Below, piece after piece: positions 24,150 through 37,587 of a DNA stretch of 64,000 nucleotides (its first letter is position 1; every line of letters starts with the position of its first letter). The notes under the pieces are model-generated. The model had not been told where the DNA came from. It ran no database searches and was given only the letters and a program-made list of their open reading frames with translations. This stretch comes from Camelus ferus (Eukaryota). The stretch is from NCBI RefSeq assembly GCF_009834535.1, contig NC_045697.1, forward strand, positions 42,720,001 through 42,784,000, written 5' to 3'. A program made the position numbers and the translations under genes.

Positions 24150-27125
24150 ACTCATCACCTGAACATCAAAATTAAAAGGTGTCAAACTTCAAAAGAAAAT
24201 TTAAGAAAATAAATGATCAAGTGATGCACCTAACAACAGAGAGTCAAACTATGTGAGTCACAACTGATAGAACTTTAAGGAGAAGAAGATGATACACTAT
24301 CATAGTTCGAGACCTCAACACCCCACTACCAGAAATGGACAGATGCAGCAGGCAGAAATTCAGTAAGATGTAGCTGAACTCAACAGCACCATGAGTCAAC
24401 TGGATAAAATTGACATCTGTAGACACCTAACAACAGCAAAAGACAAATTCTTCTCAAGCTCCCTTGGAATTCAACGTAGACCACATTCTGGGCCATAGAA
24501 CACATCTTAATAAATTTAAAAGAATATAAATCATATGAATGCTCTCAGACCACATTAAGGGAATTAAACTAGAAATCAGTAACAGGAAAATCCCCAAACA
24601 TGTGGAAGTTAAACACCACACTTCTAAATAACACATCAGCCAAAGAAGAAATCTCAAGAGAAATTTTAGCATGTCTTGAGCTAAATGTAAATGAAACATA
24701 TCAAAATTTGTAAGTGAAAGTACCACTTAGAGGGAGATTTATACTGCTGAATGCATATATTAGAAGAGAACAAAGATCAAAAATCAATAACCCAAGTTTT
24801 CACTTCAGGAAACCAGAAAAAAGAAGAGCAAATTAAATCTAAAGTAAGCAGAAGAAAAGAAATAATAAGAATTGGAGCAGATATCAGTGAAATTGAAAAC
24901 AAGAAATAAATACCAAAAAAAAAAAAATCAGTAAAACCAAAAGCTGGCCCTTTGAAAATGTCAACAGCCAAGCTACCCTAAAAAAGAAGAAGAAAGAGGG
25001 AAAGGGAGAAAGTGAGAGAGAGGGCACAGATTACTGATATCAAAGAAGAAATAGAGGCCATCACTGCAGATATTATGCAAATGAAAAGAATAATAAAGGA
25101 ACACCTTGAACAATTCTATGCCCACAAATGTGATAACCTAGATGAAATGGACAATTCCTTCAAAGTCGTATTTGCCAAATCTCACACAAGAAGAAATAAA
25201 TTGTCTGAAAAGGCCTACATCAAAGAAATTGAATCAATAATTAATAACCTTCCAAAAAAGAAGACACCAGGCCCAGATGGTTCACTACTGAATTCTCCCA
25301 AACAGGAAGAAATTGTACCAATTCTCTACAATCTCTTTCAGAGGATAGATGCAAAGGTGATACTTCCTAACTCATTTTATGAGGCCAGCATTACCCTAAT
25401 ACCAAAACCAGACAAAGACATTATGAAAAAACTACAGACCAATATCTTATGAACATAGGGGCCAAATCCTGAACAACATGTTAGCAAATCAAATTTATAT
25501 ATGAAAAGGATTATACACCATAACAGTTGGGATTTATCCCAAGTGTTCAAGGCTGGTTCAACATTTGAAAATCAGTTAATGTAATCCATCACATCAATTG
25601 GACTAAAAAAGAAAAATCACATGATCATATCAAATGCAAAGAAAAAAAAGCATTTGACAAAATCCAACACCCATTCATGATAAAAACTCGATATAAACTA
25701 GGAATAGAGGGAAACTACTTCAACTTGTTAAAGACTGTACAAAGAACTTACAGCTAACACCAAACTCAATGGTGAGAAACTCAAAGCTTTACCACTAAAA
25801 TCAGCTAAATGTAAAATGCAAAATATAAAAGTAGAATTTAACATAGGAAAACTAAATGACCTTGGGTATGGCAGTGATTTACAATAGCCAAGTCGTTATA
25901 TTATAGTTACTGTATCATAGTAGCTACATCATGGTTACAACATCAAAAAGCACAATCCATGAAAGCAAGAACTGGTAAGATGAACTTCATTAAAATTAAA
26001 AACTTTTGTCCTGCAAAAGATAATGTCAAGAGAATAAGACAAGCCACAGACTGGTAGAAAATATTTGCAAAAGAGACGTGATAAAGGACTGTTATCCAAA
26101 ATACACAAAGAACTCCTTAAACTCAACAGTATGAAAATGAACAACCTGATTTTAAAATGGGCCAAAGACATTGACAGACACCTCACCAAAGAAGATACAC
26201 AGATAACAAAGAAGCATATGAAGAGGTGCTCCACATCTTGCCATCAGGGAAATGCAAGGTGAAACGTTACATACTTATAAAATGACCAAAATCCAGAACA
26301 TCAACAAAACCCAAGTGCTGGCAAGAATATGGAACAACAGGAAGCCTCATTCACTACTAGTAAGACTACAGAATGAAACAGCAACTTTGGAAGGCAGGTT
26401 GGTGGCTTCTTTTACCATGTGATCCAGCAACCACAATTCTCGCTATTTACCCAACGGAGTTGAAAAATTAGGTCCATCTGGGGAAAAAAAAAAAAAAAAA
26501 AACTTCACACTGATGTTTACAGCAGCTTTATTCATATTTGCCAAAACTTGAAAGCAAGCAAGATTCCTTCAGTAGGTGAATGGGTAAATAACTATGGTAC
26601 AGCCAATGGAATATCATTCGGCATTAAGAAGAAATGAGCTATGAAGCCATGAAAAGACATGGAAGAATCTTAAATGCATATCACTAAGTGAAAGAAGCCA
26701 ATGTGGAAATGCTGCCTATCATATGACTCTAACTATATGACATTCTGGAAAAGGCAAAACTATGGAGACAGTAAAATGATCAGAGTTTGGGGGTGTCAGG
26801 GAAGAATGAATAGGGGAAGCACAGGGGACTTTTAGGGCAGTGAAAATACTCTATATGACACCAGTAATGAAGGATACATGTCATACATTTGTCCAAATCC
26901 AAAGAATACATCACCAAGAATGAGCCATAATGTAAACTATATACCTTGGGTGATTACGACATGTTGTCAATGTAAGTTCTTCAGTTGTAACAAACATACC
27001 ACTCTCACTGGGGATATTGACAGCCAAGGAGGCTGTGTTTGGGGGCAGAGCAGAGGGTATATTGGGAATCTCTGTACCATCCCCTCAATTTTCCTATGAA
27101 CCTTAAAGTGCTCTAAAAAATTGTC
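24150..27125 (+). mobile_element. L1MC-like LINE, decayed ORF2 with internal deletion plus 3'UTR
   Basis: ORF 25012-25452 resembles L1 ORF2 (KRIIKE..YAHK.DNLDEMD, LPKKKTPGPDG, PNSFYEASITLIPKPDKD); jumps near 25805 from RT region to C-terminal region; 3'UTR aaaaggcaaaactatggagacagtaaaa. Confidence 0.92.
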
Positions 27126-27134
27126 TTAAGAATG

Positions 27135-27960
27135 AAGGGAAAAAGGAACAGCCTTGGAGAAAATATTTGTAAGTCACATATCTGATAAGGGATTTGTATC
27201 TAGGATCTGTAACAATCTCTTACAGCTGAATAAGAAGAAACATCACATGTAAAAATGGGGAAATAAATGAATAGACATTTCATCAAAGAAGATATACAAA
27301 TGGCAAATAAGCACATGTAAAGATGCTCAGTGCCATTAGCCACTAGGGAAATGCAAACTAAAACCACCTTGAAATACCGACACACACCAGCTAGAATGGT
27401 TCTCTTTAAAAAGATAGTACTGGGTTTTGGTGAGGATGTAGGGAACCCTCATACACTGCAGGTAGGAAGATAAGGATGTACAGCCACTTTGGACAGTTTA
27501 GCCATTCCTTTAAAAGTTAAACATAAACTTACCATACGACCCAGCAATTCCACCCTAGAAATCTGAGAGAGATGGAGACATGCCACACAAACACATGTCC
27601 ACAAATACTCACAGCAACATTTTTCTTAAGAATCATAAATTGGAAATAACTCCGATGCCAATCAACTGGTAAATGGGTCAGCAAAGTGTGTTCTTCATAA
27701 AAAGGAACAAAGCTGATACAAGCAAACATATTATACCAGACACAAAACACTATGCATTGCACGATTCCATTCATAGGAGATGTCCAGAAAAGGCAAATTT
27801 ACAGCGACAGCAGGTCAGTGGCTGCCTAAGGCTGGGGGTTGGAGTGGGGATTAACTGCACATGGGTACCAGGGAACTTTTGGAGTGAGGGAAATGTTCTC
27901 AAACTGGGGGTAATAATGGTGGCACGAGATTATGGTTCAGAAACTCTCAAAACTATTGGA
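27135..27960 (+). mobile_element. Second older L1 3' fragment (L1MB/ME-like)
   Basis: aatagacatttcatcaaagaagatatacaaatggcaaataagcacatg...ccatacgacccagcaattccac. Confidence 0.85.
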
Positions 27961-29209
27961 AAAAATATATAATTGCTGACAATTCAAATGTGTCTGTCTT
28001 ACCTGTGCTAGCTGAAACCTCTGGTTCCTATCTTCACAGGTTTTTGAAATTTATTAAATCTTATCAAAAATACACTTAACAGTTACTCAATAATGTTCTC
28101 CAAACTTATCACTCTTCCAGGTCCTGTCTGAAGTTTGGCCTTGCGCATTCTTGAACAGAAAACCATCGAGATCCATTATACTCAAGGTGGCTACAGAGAG
28201 GAAAAGGAGGGTGTGAGAGCATAAACTCCAGATCCATGCCCTGGTGTCCTGTAAGTTTGACACTCTGAGATTCCATTCTCTCCCTCAGAGGACACCTCCG
28301 GGCGGGCTTGGTCCTCAGTGATTTTTCTCTCTCTGGGCAACAAGGCTGCTGCTTTCCCCACCCGTGTCCTTTGTACATGTTAGAGGACCAGACTGTATTC
28401 TCTCATCTCCTTTTAGAAGCTCACTTTGCCATCGTCAGACAACATTTCATTCATCCACCCACCCTTATTAAGTGACTCCGTGATATCTGATGATTCAAGA
28501 ACGTTCTCCCCTTCTGCGCAGGAAAAGGAAGACGAGATTAAGGTAGGACAGGCTTTTGATTTTGGTTAAATTTTCTAGATCTGCTTTTTATTTGTAGGCA
28601 TTACATGTAGATTCCTAGATAAAGCCCCTCCTCAAAGAGTGGGTTTTGAATTTTATAAGTTTCAGGAGCTGAAGAGGTGGGCACCTTCCTGTTCAGTCCT
28701 ACCAAACTATCACTTCCCACTGGAGATGGGTAACAGGCGAGGAGCAGGTAGGAAGGAAGGAGACTAAGGATAACTAATCAGCTCTTCTACGCTGAACACA
28801 AATCAAGACACGTTCGTGAGTTTTCACTTAATCCTTAAAACAACCTTAGGAACTAAGAATAATGAAGCCCCTCTTAGAGCAACACAAAATGAAAAGTGAT
28901 GCGTATTGGTGGTGGGTGGGGCGGGTAGCCAAGAGACACAAATGGGAATATGCCCAGTTGGGTCTTCAGACTCCAAACCATTTATTTGTTGAGAAGCTTG
29001 AGGGCCTAGGGAGTGCTGGCACTGAGCCAGACACTGGGAACACAACAGCTAATCAAAACAAATGCCACTCAGCATCCATGCAGCTTACAGCTCTAGTGGT
29101 GACTGGATCAAAGTCACAAAAATAAATATGTAATTATAAGCTGAAAAGTACCACAGAAATTCAGTATTCCTTCTCTTCAAAGGACATCACCTCTTGACAA
29201 AACACACAT

Positions 29210-31992
29210 GCACAGTGATCACCAGAACTTATTTATTCCCAGCCCCAAAGATGCCACTGTAGGTGATGGAATGCACACAGCACACACTATTTCTTTATCT
29301 GTCATCATTTTGTAAACACTAGTTGCATGAATGACTGTTTCTTCTCTAATGAGAAAATGGCACAACAAAGTCAAAATGTGATTTATTTCCGTTTATTTTC
29401 CTATTGCAGTTTCAGTAAAAGATTCAGAGAACTGATTGACACGTATCATAAGCTATCTCCCACGCATATGTGGTATATATACACTGTTTCTTTTTCTTTT
29501 CCACTGAACAGGGTGATACTATCTGTTCACACCAAATTACAAATGAAAAGATACTATGAGTGGGGGAAAAAAGTGTGGGTGTTGTCTTTTTATTCTCAGA
29601 CAGTAAATGTATGTGCACCACGAAGGGGAAAAGCACTGAGGAAACGTGAACTAAGCAGTTGGTACCATTAGAGCGCCTCCCCTGACAGCAAACTGGGAAC
29701 ACTTTGCATGACTGTAAAGGAAGTTCCAAGTCCTTCATCCCTCTGCCACCTCATTGCTACACTGGAGTGTAAACTCTCTTCACAGTGCAAATATAAAAAT
29801 GATCAAAGTCCGAGTTTTATGGCAATCTTTGCTAAAGTGTATTCTGGCTAAAATATATTCTATTTTAGTATACATGCTATAAAAGGATACTAAAAAGGTC
29901 AATCCTTAGAGCTCTGTTAAGATTAAGAATTTACTTTTTTACATATAGAATAATGTACACCCAACTCTAAAAGTATATTTGAGGATAGCTATTCCAGTGA
30001 CCCCAAATATTTCTAGCTTTGTATTTTCTTTATAACAGTATCAATTGTATAATAATACATGTATTCAGTAATGCTCTCAATTCTGTTCTGCAGCGCCTTA
30101 CTAATCACTGTAAAGAAAAATGCAGAGGGACTGTGTATTTCCAAGAAGTTCTTAGGTGCCAATCACCAAGTTTTCAAGGTAAGTTCCTATTATTCATTTT
30201 TTAAAACTTTGGTAAGTAAATTCTTTTATGATCAACCTTTGGAGCTTTTAATGAGGCAAAAAGAGGGGGAAAAAGAGGTGTTGAAAACTGACTTGTAGTT
30301 AGCATGATCTTCAAAGCACTCCCTCCCTCCTGTAATAGCATCTCCAATGCCAATTCTAGGCTTCAGGGACTAGTGTGAAACCACGCTGACGGAACACACC
30401 CAGCGGCGATACGCGGACTGAGTGCCCCTGTGCCTGCCAGGCTCACGCAGTGCACCTGCTGAGGCGGCTACTCAGAGACTGCACCTGTGAACTCAGGCAC
30501 AGCTGCAACTTTTTTTTTATTTTAGGTAGAGCAGTAGAACAGAAATAGAAAATAATTGAAATCTGTTTCTGATTCAAACAAAAATATTTACTCTTTTCAT
30601 TAGCAAAACATTCTTTAAAATATATCTCTGTCTTGTCTCTGAACATTTAGCCAAGGAGCAGTAGGCCGTTTTTGAAGGTTCTAGTGCCACCTGTGCAACA
30701 CAATGAACGCGGCTGCAGGGAGCACTCGGTGGCGGCAGCTTATTTACATCCACTGAGAGGAAGTGTCTTCTCATCTGGTGACAGTGTCCTGGTCACCAAA
30801 GGGAAGGTATGGCATTCGTGTGCTTTTTGTTCCTGGTGAGAATCACATCTGCTTGGTTTTCATTGTTGGAAGAAAAATTAATCAGTCGATGTCCTCTGAT
30901 TCTGTGACATGATGTGAAAGAGGAATGCGATAAAAATGTGCTGCTAGCTTGGAGTTAGTCTGGGAGTGAGAGTCTCCAGGCAGATCTTGCTGCCTCCCAG
31001 GTGAGTGTCCAGTGGGCATCATGGGACCGGGAGGGAGGGACACAGCAGGCAGAGCCCCATCCAGGGACGGGCCCCCACCCCCGCTCACTACCCTACATAC
31101 AGGTCTTCAATGCTTGTGGCTACAGAACTTACGGAAACCCGTTCACAGGGAAACAAACAGAGATCTCGACCAAGAGGTAGGCTGCTCCCGTGCCACGGTC
31201 CCATGCTGTCTCCTGACGACTGTCCTCTGCTGAGACCATCGGTGGAGAAGGAGCACCGTGAAGCTCCTTGTCGCAGAATTCGCCTTTGTTTCTCTTGAGA
31301 AGTTTCTAAGCTTGTGTTTTTCCAAACAATTTTATCAAAGTAGAGTCTTGATGTCTGCTCTTTCCAGCAAACCAAAAACAAGAGAAATTGCAGCCTCTCT
31401 CTCCTGAATTCCAAACCTCCCTAAAAGTGGAATGTTTTTTCCTGACAAATGATTACTTACAACTTTGAAAAGTGGACAATCTTTTTTTTTTTGGATCCAG
31501 CTCAGCCCCTCAGAAAATACTTCAGACTGAAGGAGGAGGAAGTGCAGGAAAACTAACTTCCTATTGTGCCTTACCTAAAACATTCTGCTGAAATTAAGAG
31601 CAGCTCCAACTACAAAAGTAAATATTTGTGCAAAGGGTGCCCAAATGCCAGGTGCAACCTTAAGACACCCTCACTTTACTCATAGTGTTCGACTCTTTAA
31701 AACACAAGTCTTTCAAGTGATGAAAGCTAGCAAGTAAGGGGAAGGAAGTTAACATCGGAAAATAGACTTTAGAAAAAGTACAGGATACTCTGCTGGCAAT
31801 TTGCTACTTATTTCATAACTTAGATCAAGGAAGTGTTAAATATTCACAGTAATTTCAAAGAAGAAACATTCATGTCTGTAAGATGCCAATCTATTGCACT
31901 TTACAACCATTTTCTGTACAGTTACAAAATTTCATCTGTCAGTGCTTTTCTGTAGAATTGTTTATTGCCAGTCCTTTCCTCTCTGGAGCCAG
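29210..31992 (-). other. CDS1: CDS1 3'UTR (end approximate)
   Basis: Follows the stop; repeat-poor; minus-strand AATAAA at 31961-31966, 29392-29397 and 29232-29237. Confidence 0.7.
29232..29237 (-). terminator. Candidate distal polyadenylation signal of CDS1
   Basis: tttatt on + (AATAAA on -); downstream on the minus strand is a GT-rich tract (tgtgcatgtgtgttttgtc). Confidence 0.6.
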
Positions 31993-32122
31993 TTATACCT
32001 TCAAACTGGGCTGCAGGATTCCTTTCTCAATGAGATGCGTCTTCAGCGTTTTATATATATTTAGCTGCTGTTCTGGTTGAAGCACCAACAACTGTTGTAG
32101 CAGTTTGCTAGGATTTGGACCC
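31993..32122 (-). CDS. CDS1: CDS1 last coding exon (likely exon 13) with stop
   Basis: gttatcag|G GGT CCA...GTA TAA, 130 nt; GPNPSKLLQQLLVLQPEQQLNIYKTLKTHLIEKGILQPSLKV*. Confidence 0.97.
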
Positions 32123-33879
32123 CTGATAACAGAGCAGAAAAGACAAGGTTCATGATATTTTAAGAGAGCTAAAGAAAGCATATACTTGTCACTTAAAATA
32201 AACCACACATTTAAACGCAGAGTAGTCTTTACGGAATTGAAACAGCTGTTCATCAGAGCTCATTTTAATGCCCAATTTAGTGTCAAAGGGAGAAAACAAG
32301 CCAAAACTCTCTGCATTGAGGGGCGTACAGTCTGGATGTGGGAAGAGTGCACAAACAGGACCGACATGAAGCAAAGTACTGAATGCAGATCTAAGTTCCA
32401 CAACAATTCTCAGAAGAGGTGAGGATCGTAAACAAATCCTGAGATCAGACAAGAAACAAAATCCATTCTGTAAGAAGAAGAGCAAAGTTCCTGGTGGACG
32501 AGACGGACCAAAAGAGAACATGAAAATATCAGACAATGGAAGCTAAAATTTAAAATTATATTTCTTTGAAACTATTTTGTTGGGAAAATACCATTGGGAA
32601 CTACAAATGTTCAATAGGCAGGACACGAAGTTCCTGAGACCAGCACTGAAGCCCCCACCTAGGATCTCCAATGGGAACAACAGCCTTTGTTCAAAGCAGG
32701 TCACAGGTAAACCCCAACAAGGAAACAAAACAAAAGCGGATCTGCTCTAGCGGAAAGGAGGAAGGGGAAGTGGAGGGCCTGCCCCAGAAGCCCCACTGGG
32801 GATGAAATGAGCCCAGCTGGCCTCTAAGCAGCCACCGGGCAGTGACACGGCTCTCCAGCAGGAGTCAGCCCAGCCCGGGCGGGGACCTCTCCCCACGCGG
32901 CTCCGTCACAGTGAGCTCCTCCAACATCCCTCCCCAGCCCTTCTGCCTGCACCCTCCGATGGTGCACTCTAGGTCGAAAAGGTCCCGAGAAGGACTCCCC
33001 GCACATCTTTCCCTCCCGAGACACCACTACAGTCGGGGGATTGCAGTTTCCCACCCTCTGGACTCTGGAACTCAACCGTTTATGAGCTGGAGATCACCTT
33101 TCTGTACTTACACCACTAAGTGCTCTTTTGTCAAATTCAGAATGAGCCTAGTTCAGATTTTAACATATGTATTGTTCTTTGCAATTTCTACAACCCATTT
33201 GAATAGGAAAAGCGGGGTAGGTTCACTTTCGGTGGAGAGTGAGTAGGAAAACCCAATAGGAAAAAGCAAGACAAGTAATATATGGAAAATGGCCCAGAAT
33301 TCTAAGACATTTACAGGGTCATTAAATGTATGACATGAACTCTTCAGTTCAAATGGAATTATAAGAAATTGAAAACCCAGCAACAAAGAAATGTCTGCTA
33401 TGCAGTGATATCACAATGAAAATCTCTGATTTAAAAAACTGCACAACAACGTGGATTAGCCGTCCCACGGGTCACCTTCATGCACGTGGCTCAACTCATC
33501 TGCCAAAAAAACTGTGGCAATATGTCTCTGACAGCCACAGTCTACCCAACTCAGGACACAGCCTGTCTTCCATTTCTTGAAAAGATTCAGCAACTTCATA
33601 GCATAAACCCAGAGCAGAGGCTCACAGAGAAAAGGAAGACTATTCTAGCAAGTTCAGCTAAATGCAAAATTGTGTCAGCAGGTGCTCCCAGTGAGTTGCC
33701 CACTGGCTCAAGCACGGTATTTCTAATAGTCTAAATGTTAACTTTTGGATGAAGGACAACATGGCTCAACATGACTTTTCCCTACTGAGAGAACAGCAGA
33801 TCTAAAAAAAAAAAAAAGTTTGAGTTAGTGCTCTGAAAGCTGCCATCTTCTGAAAATAAAGAGTTCTAAGGATTTAACC

Positions 33880-34684
33880 ACTAATTACTAAGACTGAAAT
33901 GTATCAGTTAATAAATCACATGCAAGTGAATTAAATACCCCAATTAAAAAGACAAAGATTGTCAATTGGGTTACAAAAACAATCCAGCTATATGCTTGTT
34001 AGAAAAGAGAAACACGCTTTAAATAGAAGGAAAAAGGAATGCAAAAAAGTAAAAGGACAAAGAAATACTCTGCAAACACTAACCAAAAGAAGGCAGATGC
34101 AGCTAGTCTTCTATTCAACAAAGTAGGCTTTACAAGTAGTATATAAAGATGGACATTACATAATGACATTAGAAGTGATTCAACGGGGAGACACGAGAGT
34201 CCTAAATGTGTGTACACCTAACACAACCTCAACATAAATAAAGCAAAAACTGGGAGATTCTGATGAAGCTCTCTTCATAACTGATAGAACAAGCAAAGGG
34301 GAAAAACACGTCAAAAAAATCAGTACAGAAAATTCAGCTCAACTTCACCCAGTTGACATGCAACACTAATCCTGGAACTTCACAACACATACTTGTTTCC
34401 TGTGCACCTGGAACGTTTATCTGAGCAGACAATATGCTTGGGGCACAAAGCAAATCTCAACAAATATTAAATACTGAAATAGTATGTTTTCTGACCATAG
34501 TAGGATTAAAGCAAAAATCAGGAAAGGAAGGAGAATGACAAAATCTCCATTTGTTTGGAAACTAATCAATACACTTCTAAATAATCCCACGTCAAAGAAG
34601 ACAGAATACTGGAAATCAGAAAATATTTGTAACTGGATAGTGAAAATACAAATACAACCCGTGGGATGAAAGTACTTAAGAGTA
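33880..34684 (+). mobile_element. Old L1, ORF2 endonuclease region (left part of an interrupted element)
   Basis: ttaaataccccaattaaaaagacaaagattg...gcaaatctcaacaaat...ttttctgaccatagtaggattaa. Confidence 0.8.
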
Positions 34685-34705
34685 CTTAAAAAGTGCTACT
34701 TATTT

Positions 34706-36432
34706 CCTGTCAAGACGGCGGAGTGGTGGGACCATGAGCTCTCCTCTCCTCATGACTACAACAAATCCACAACTGAATACTAAACAACCACTGAAAAAAA
34801 AAAAAAAAAAGACTGGAAACTAGCAAAAAAATCTCCTGCAACTGGAAACAAAGAGGGAACCACAGCAGGACGGGAGGAGGGGCATGATCGTGATATAATT
34901 GGCCCCATAACCCCTGGGTGGGCGACCCACGAGCTGAAGATTTAAGTCACAGAGGCCCTCCCACAGGAGTGAGAACTCTAAGCCCCACCTCAGGCTCCTG
35001 AGCTCAGGTTCCAGCATTCGGAAGAGGAGACCCTAGAACATCTGGCCAGCGGGGCTTGGCACCAGGAGCCCCACGGGAGACTCCATTCGCTTGAGAAGCG
35101 TACGTGGAAACTCATGTGCACTAGGTCCAAGGGCAGAGACAGTGATCTCATAGGAACCTGGGCCAGGCCTGCCTGCTGGATTTGGAGGGTCTTCTGGGGA
35201 CATGGGGGATGGCTGCAGCTCACTCAGGGGGCATAAAAGCTGGTGGTGGACATTCTGGGAGTGTTCATCTACATGAGCTTTCCTGGAGGCTGACATCTTG
35301 ATTGGATCATTAGCACCAAGACCTAGCCTCACCCAGCAGTGGGCAGGCACCAGCTCCTCCTGCCAGGAACCCTGCACAAAGCCTCTACTCCAGCCTCATC
35401 CACCAGGGACAGATACTAGAAATAAGAAAACAACAATCCCAAAGCCTGTGGAAGGAACCCACAAACACACAGAAAGATAGACGACATGAGGCAGCAAAGG
35501 AATATCTCCCAGGCCAAGGCACAAGATAAAATCCCAGAAGAAGAAATAAATGAAGAGGAGATAAGCAATTTCTGAGAAAGAGTTTAAAGTAATGATGGTG
35601 AAGATGTTCAGAGAACTCATGAGGAGTATAGATGCACAGAGCAAAGTTTTTAGCAAAGAGTTGGAAATTATAAAGAATACCCAAACAGAGTTGAAGAACA
35701 AAATTACTGAAATGAATAACAAATACACTAGAAGGAACCAAGAATAGACTAAATAAGGCCGAAGAACAGATCAATGAGCTAGAAGACAGATTAGGGAAAT
35801 CACTACTTCAAAACAGAAAAAAGAAAAAAGATTGAAAAGAAATGAAGATAATTTAAGAGAACTCTGGGACAACATGAAGCACTCTAACATTTGCATTATA
35901 GAGGTCCCAGAAAGAGAAGAGAGAGAGAGGACCTGAGAACATTTTTGGAGGGATAATCACCAAAAACGTCCCCAACTTGGGAAAGGAAACAGTCCCCCAA
36001 GTCCAGGAAGCGCAGAGAGTACCACACAGGGTCAACCCAAAGAGGAACACACCAAGGTACAGTCATCAAATTGACAGCAATTAAGGATAAGGAGAAAATA
36101 TTAAAATTAGCAAGAGACAAGCAACAAATAACATACAAGGGAACTCCCATAGGTTATCAGCTGATTTTTCAGCAGAAACTCTACAGGCCAGAAGGGAATG
36201 GCATGACATGCTTCAAGTGATGAAAAGGGAAAATTTACAACCAAGAATACTCTATCCAGCAAGGCTCTCGTCCAGACTTGATGGAGAAATCAAAAGCTGC
36301 ACAGATAAACAAAAACTAAAAGATTTCAGCACCACCAAACCAGCTTTACAACAAATGTTAAAGGAACTTCTCTAGTCATCAAACCGTAAGAAAAGAGAAC
36401 AAAAAGAAGAAAAAGGAAAAAAAAAAAAAAGA
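34706..36432 (+). mobile_element. Younger L1, 5'UTR and decayed ORF1 (about 35486-36375)
   Basis: Starts caagacggcggag; ORF1-like MRQQRNISQAK..., gcagaaactctacaggccagaagggaatgg (SAETLQARREW), ends FSTTKPALQQMLKELL*; frameshifts present. Confidence 0.92.
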
Positions 36433-36440
36433 CCTACAAA

Positions 36441-36945
36441 AGATTGCTTTGGCTGTTCGGGGTATTTTGTGGCTCCTTATAAATTTTGGAATTGTTTGTT
36501 CTAGTTCTGTGAAGAATGTCGCGAGTATTTTGATGGGGGTTGCGTTGGATCTGTGGATTGCTTTGGGCAGTACAGCCATTTTGATAGTGTTCAAGAGTAC
36601 AAGAAATCTTTCCATTTCTTTGTGTCATTTCGGCTTTCGGAGTATAGGTAACCTCCTTGGTTAGGTTTATTTCTAGGTATTTTGTTGTTTTTGATATAAT
36701 GGAAATGTTTATGCCAGTTATAAAACTCTGGGTTTTGAAGTGGAAAAAAAAAAGTGAATGAAGGGCCGCAGATGGCAAAGTATCCTTCTTTCTTATGTGC
36801 AAGTGTGTGTTAGTGCATATATACACATACATCTTCATTATCTATTCAGCTGTTGACGTGCACTTAGGATGCTTCCATATCTTGGCCATTATAAATAATG
36901 TTGCTGTTAATAGCAGGATGTATATATCTTTTTAAGTTAATTCTT
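36441..36945 (-). mobile_element. Two inverted L1 ORF2 fragments
   Basis: ORF 36379-36615(-) [19 protein letters not shown]...[13 protein letters not shown] resembles L1 ORF2; 36770-36945 is a more C-terminal ORF2 piece. Confidence 0.88.
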
Positions 36946-37064
36946 ATTTTGTGGTTGGCTTTATTCCTTTGATAACTATGTAAGTTTAAAAAGCTAAAGC
37001 TCTAAACATTCTTAGAAACAATGAACAGTACATATATATAAATGAAAAAATATATGTGCAGTTT

Positions 37065-37580
37065 AAAAAAAAAAACTATCAAGCCATGAAAGACATGGAA
37101 AAAATGTAGAAGATATTACTAAATGAAAGAAGCCAGTCTGAAAAGGCTACACAATACACTTCCAACCAAATGACATTCTGGAAAAGGCACAGCTACAGAA
37201 ACAATAAAAAGATCATGGTTTCCAGAGGTTTGGGGAGAGGGAGGGAGGGAGGGATGAACAGATGGAGCACAGGGGATTTTTAGGGCAATGAAATAATTCT
37301 GTCTGGTATTATAGTGGTGGCTACATGTCATTATGCATTTGTCAAAGTCCTAGAATGTACAACATCAATAGTGAACCCTAATGTAAACTGTGAACTTTGG
37401 TTGATAATAATGTGTCCATGTTGGTTCATTGATTGTACCAAATATGCCACACTGATGAGGGTAGGGGAGTATATATGTGTGGGTGGGGAGGGCTATGTGG
37501 GAACTCTGTATTTTCTGCTCAATTCTGTTGTGAACCCAAAACTGCTCTAAAAAAATAAAGTCTATTATTTTTTAAAAAAA
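37065..37580 (+). mobile_element. L1MC-like 3'UTR end
   Basis: aagccatgaaagacatgg...gtgaaccctaatgtaaactgtgaactttgg...ctaaaaaaataaagtctatt; similar to 26640-27120. Confidence 0.88.
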
Positions 37581-37587
37581 GCACTAA

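Noticed and set aside
25012..25452. Active reverse-transcriptase gene
   Set aside because: It is a fragment of decayed L1 ORF2 with surrounding stops and frameshifts and a deletion of much of the RT region
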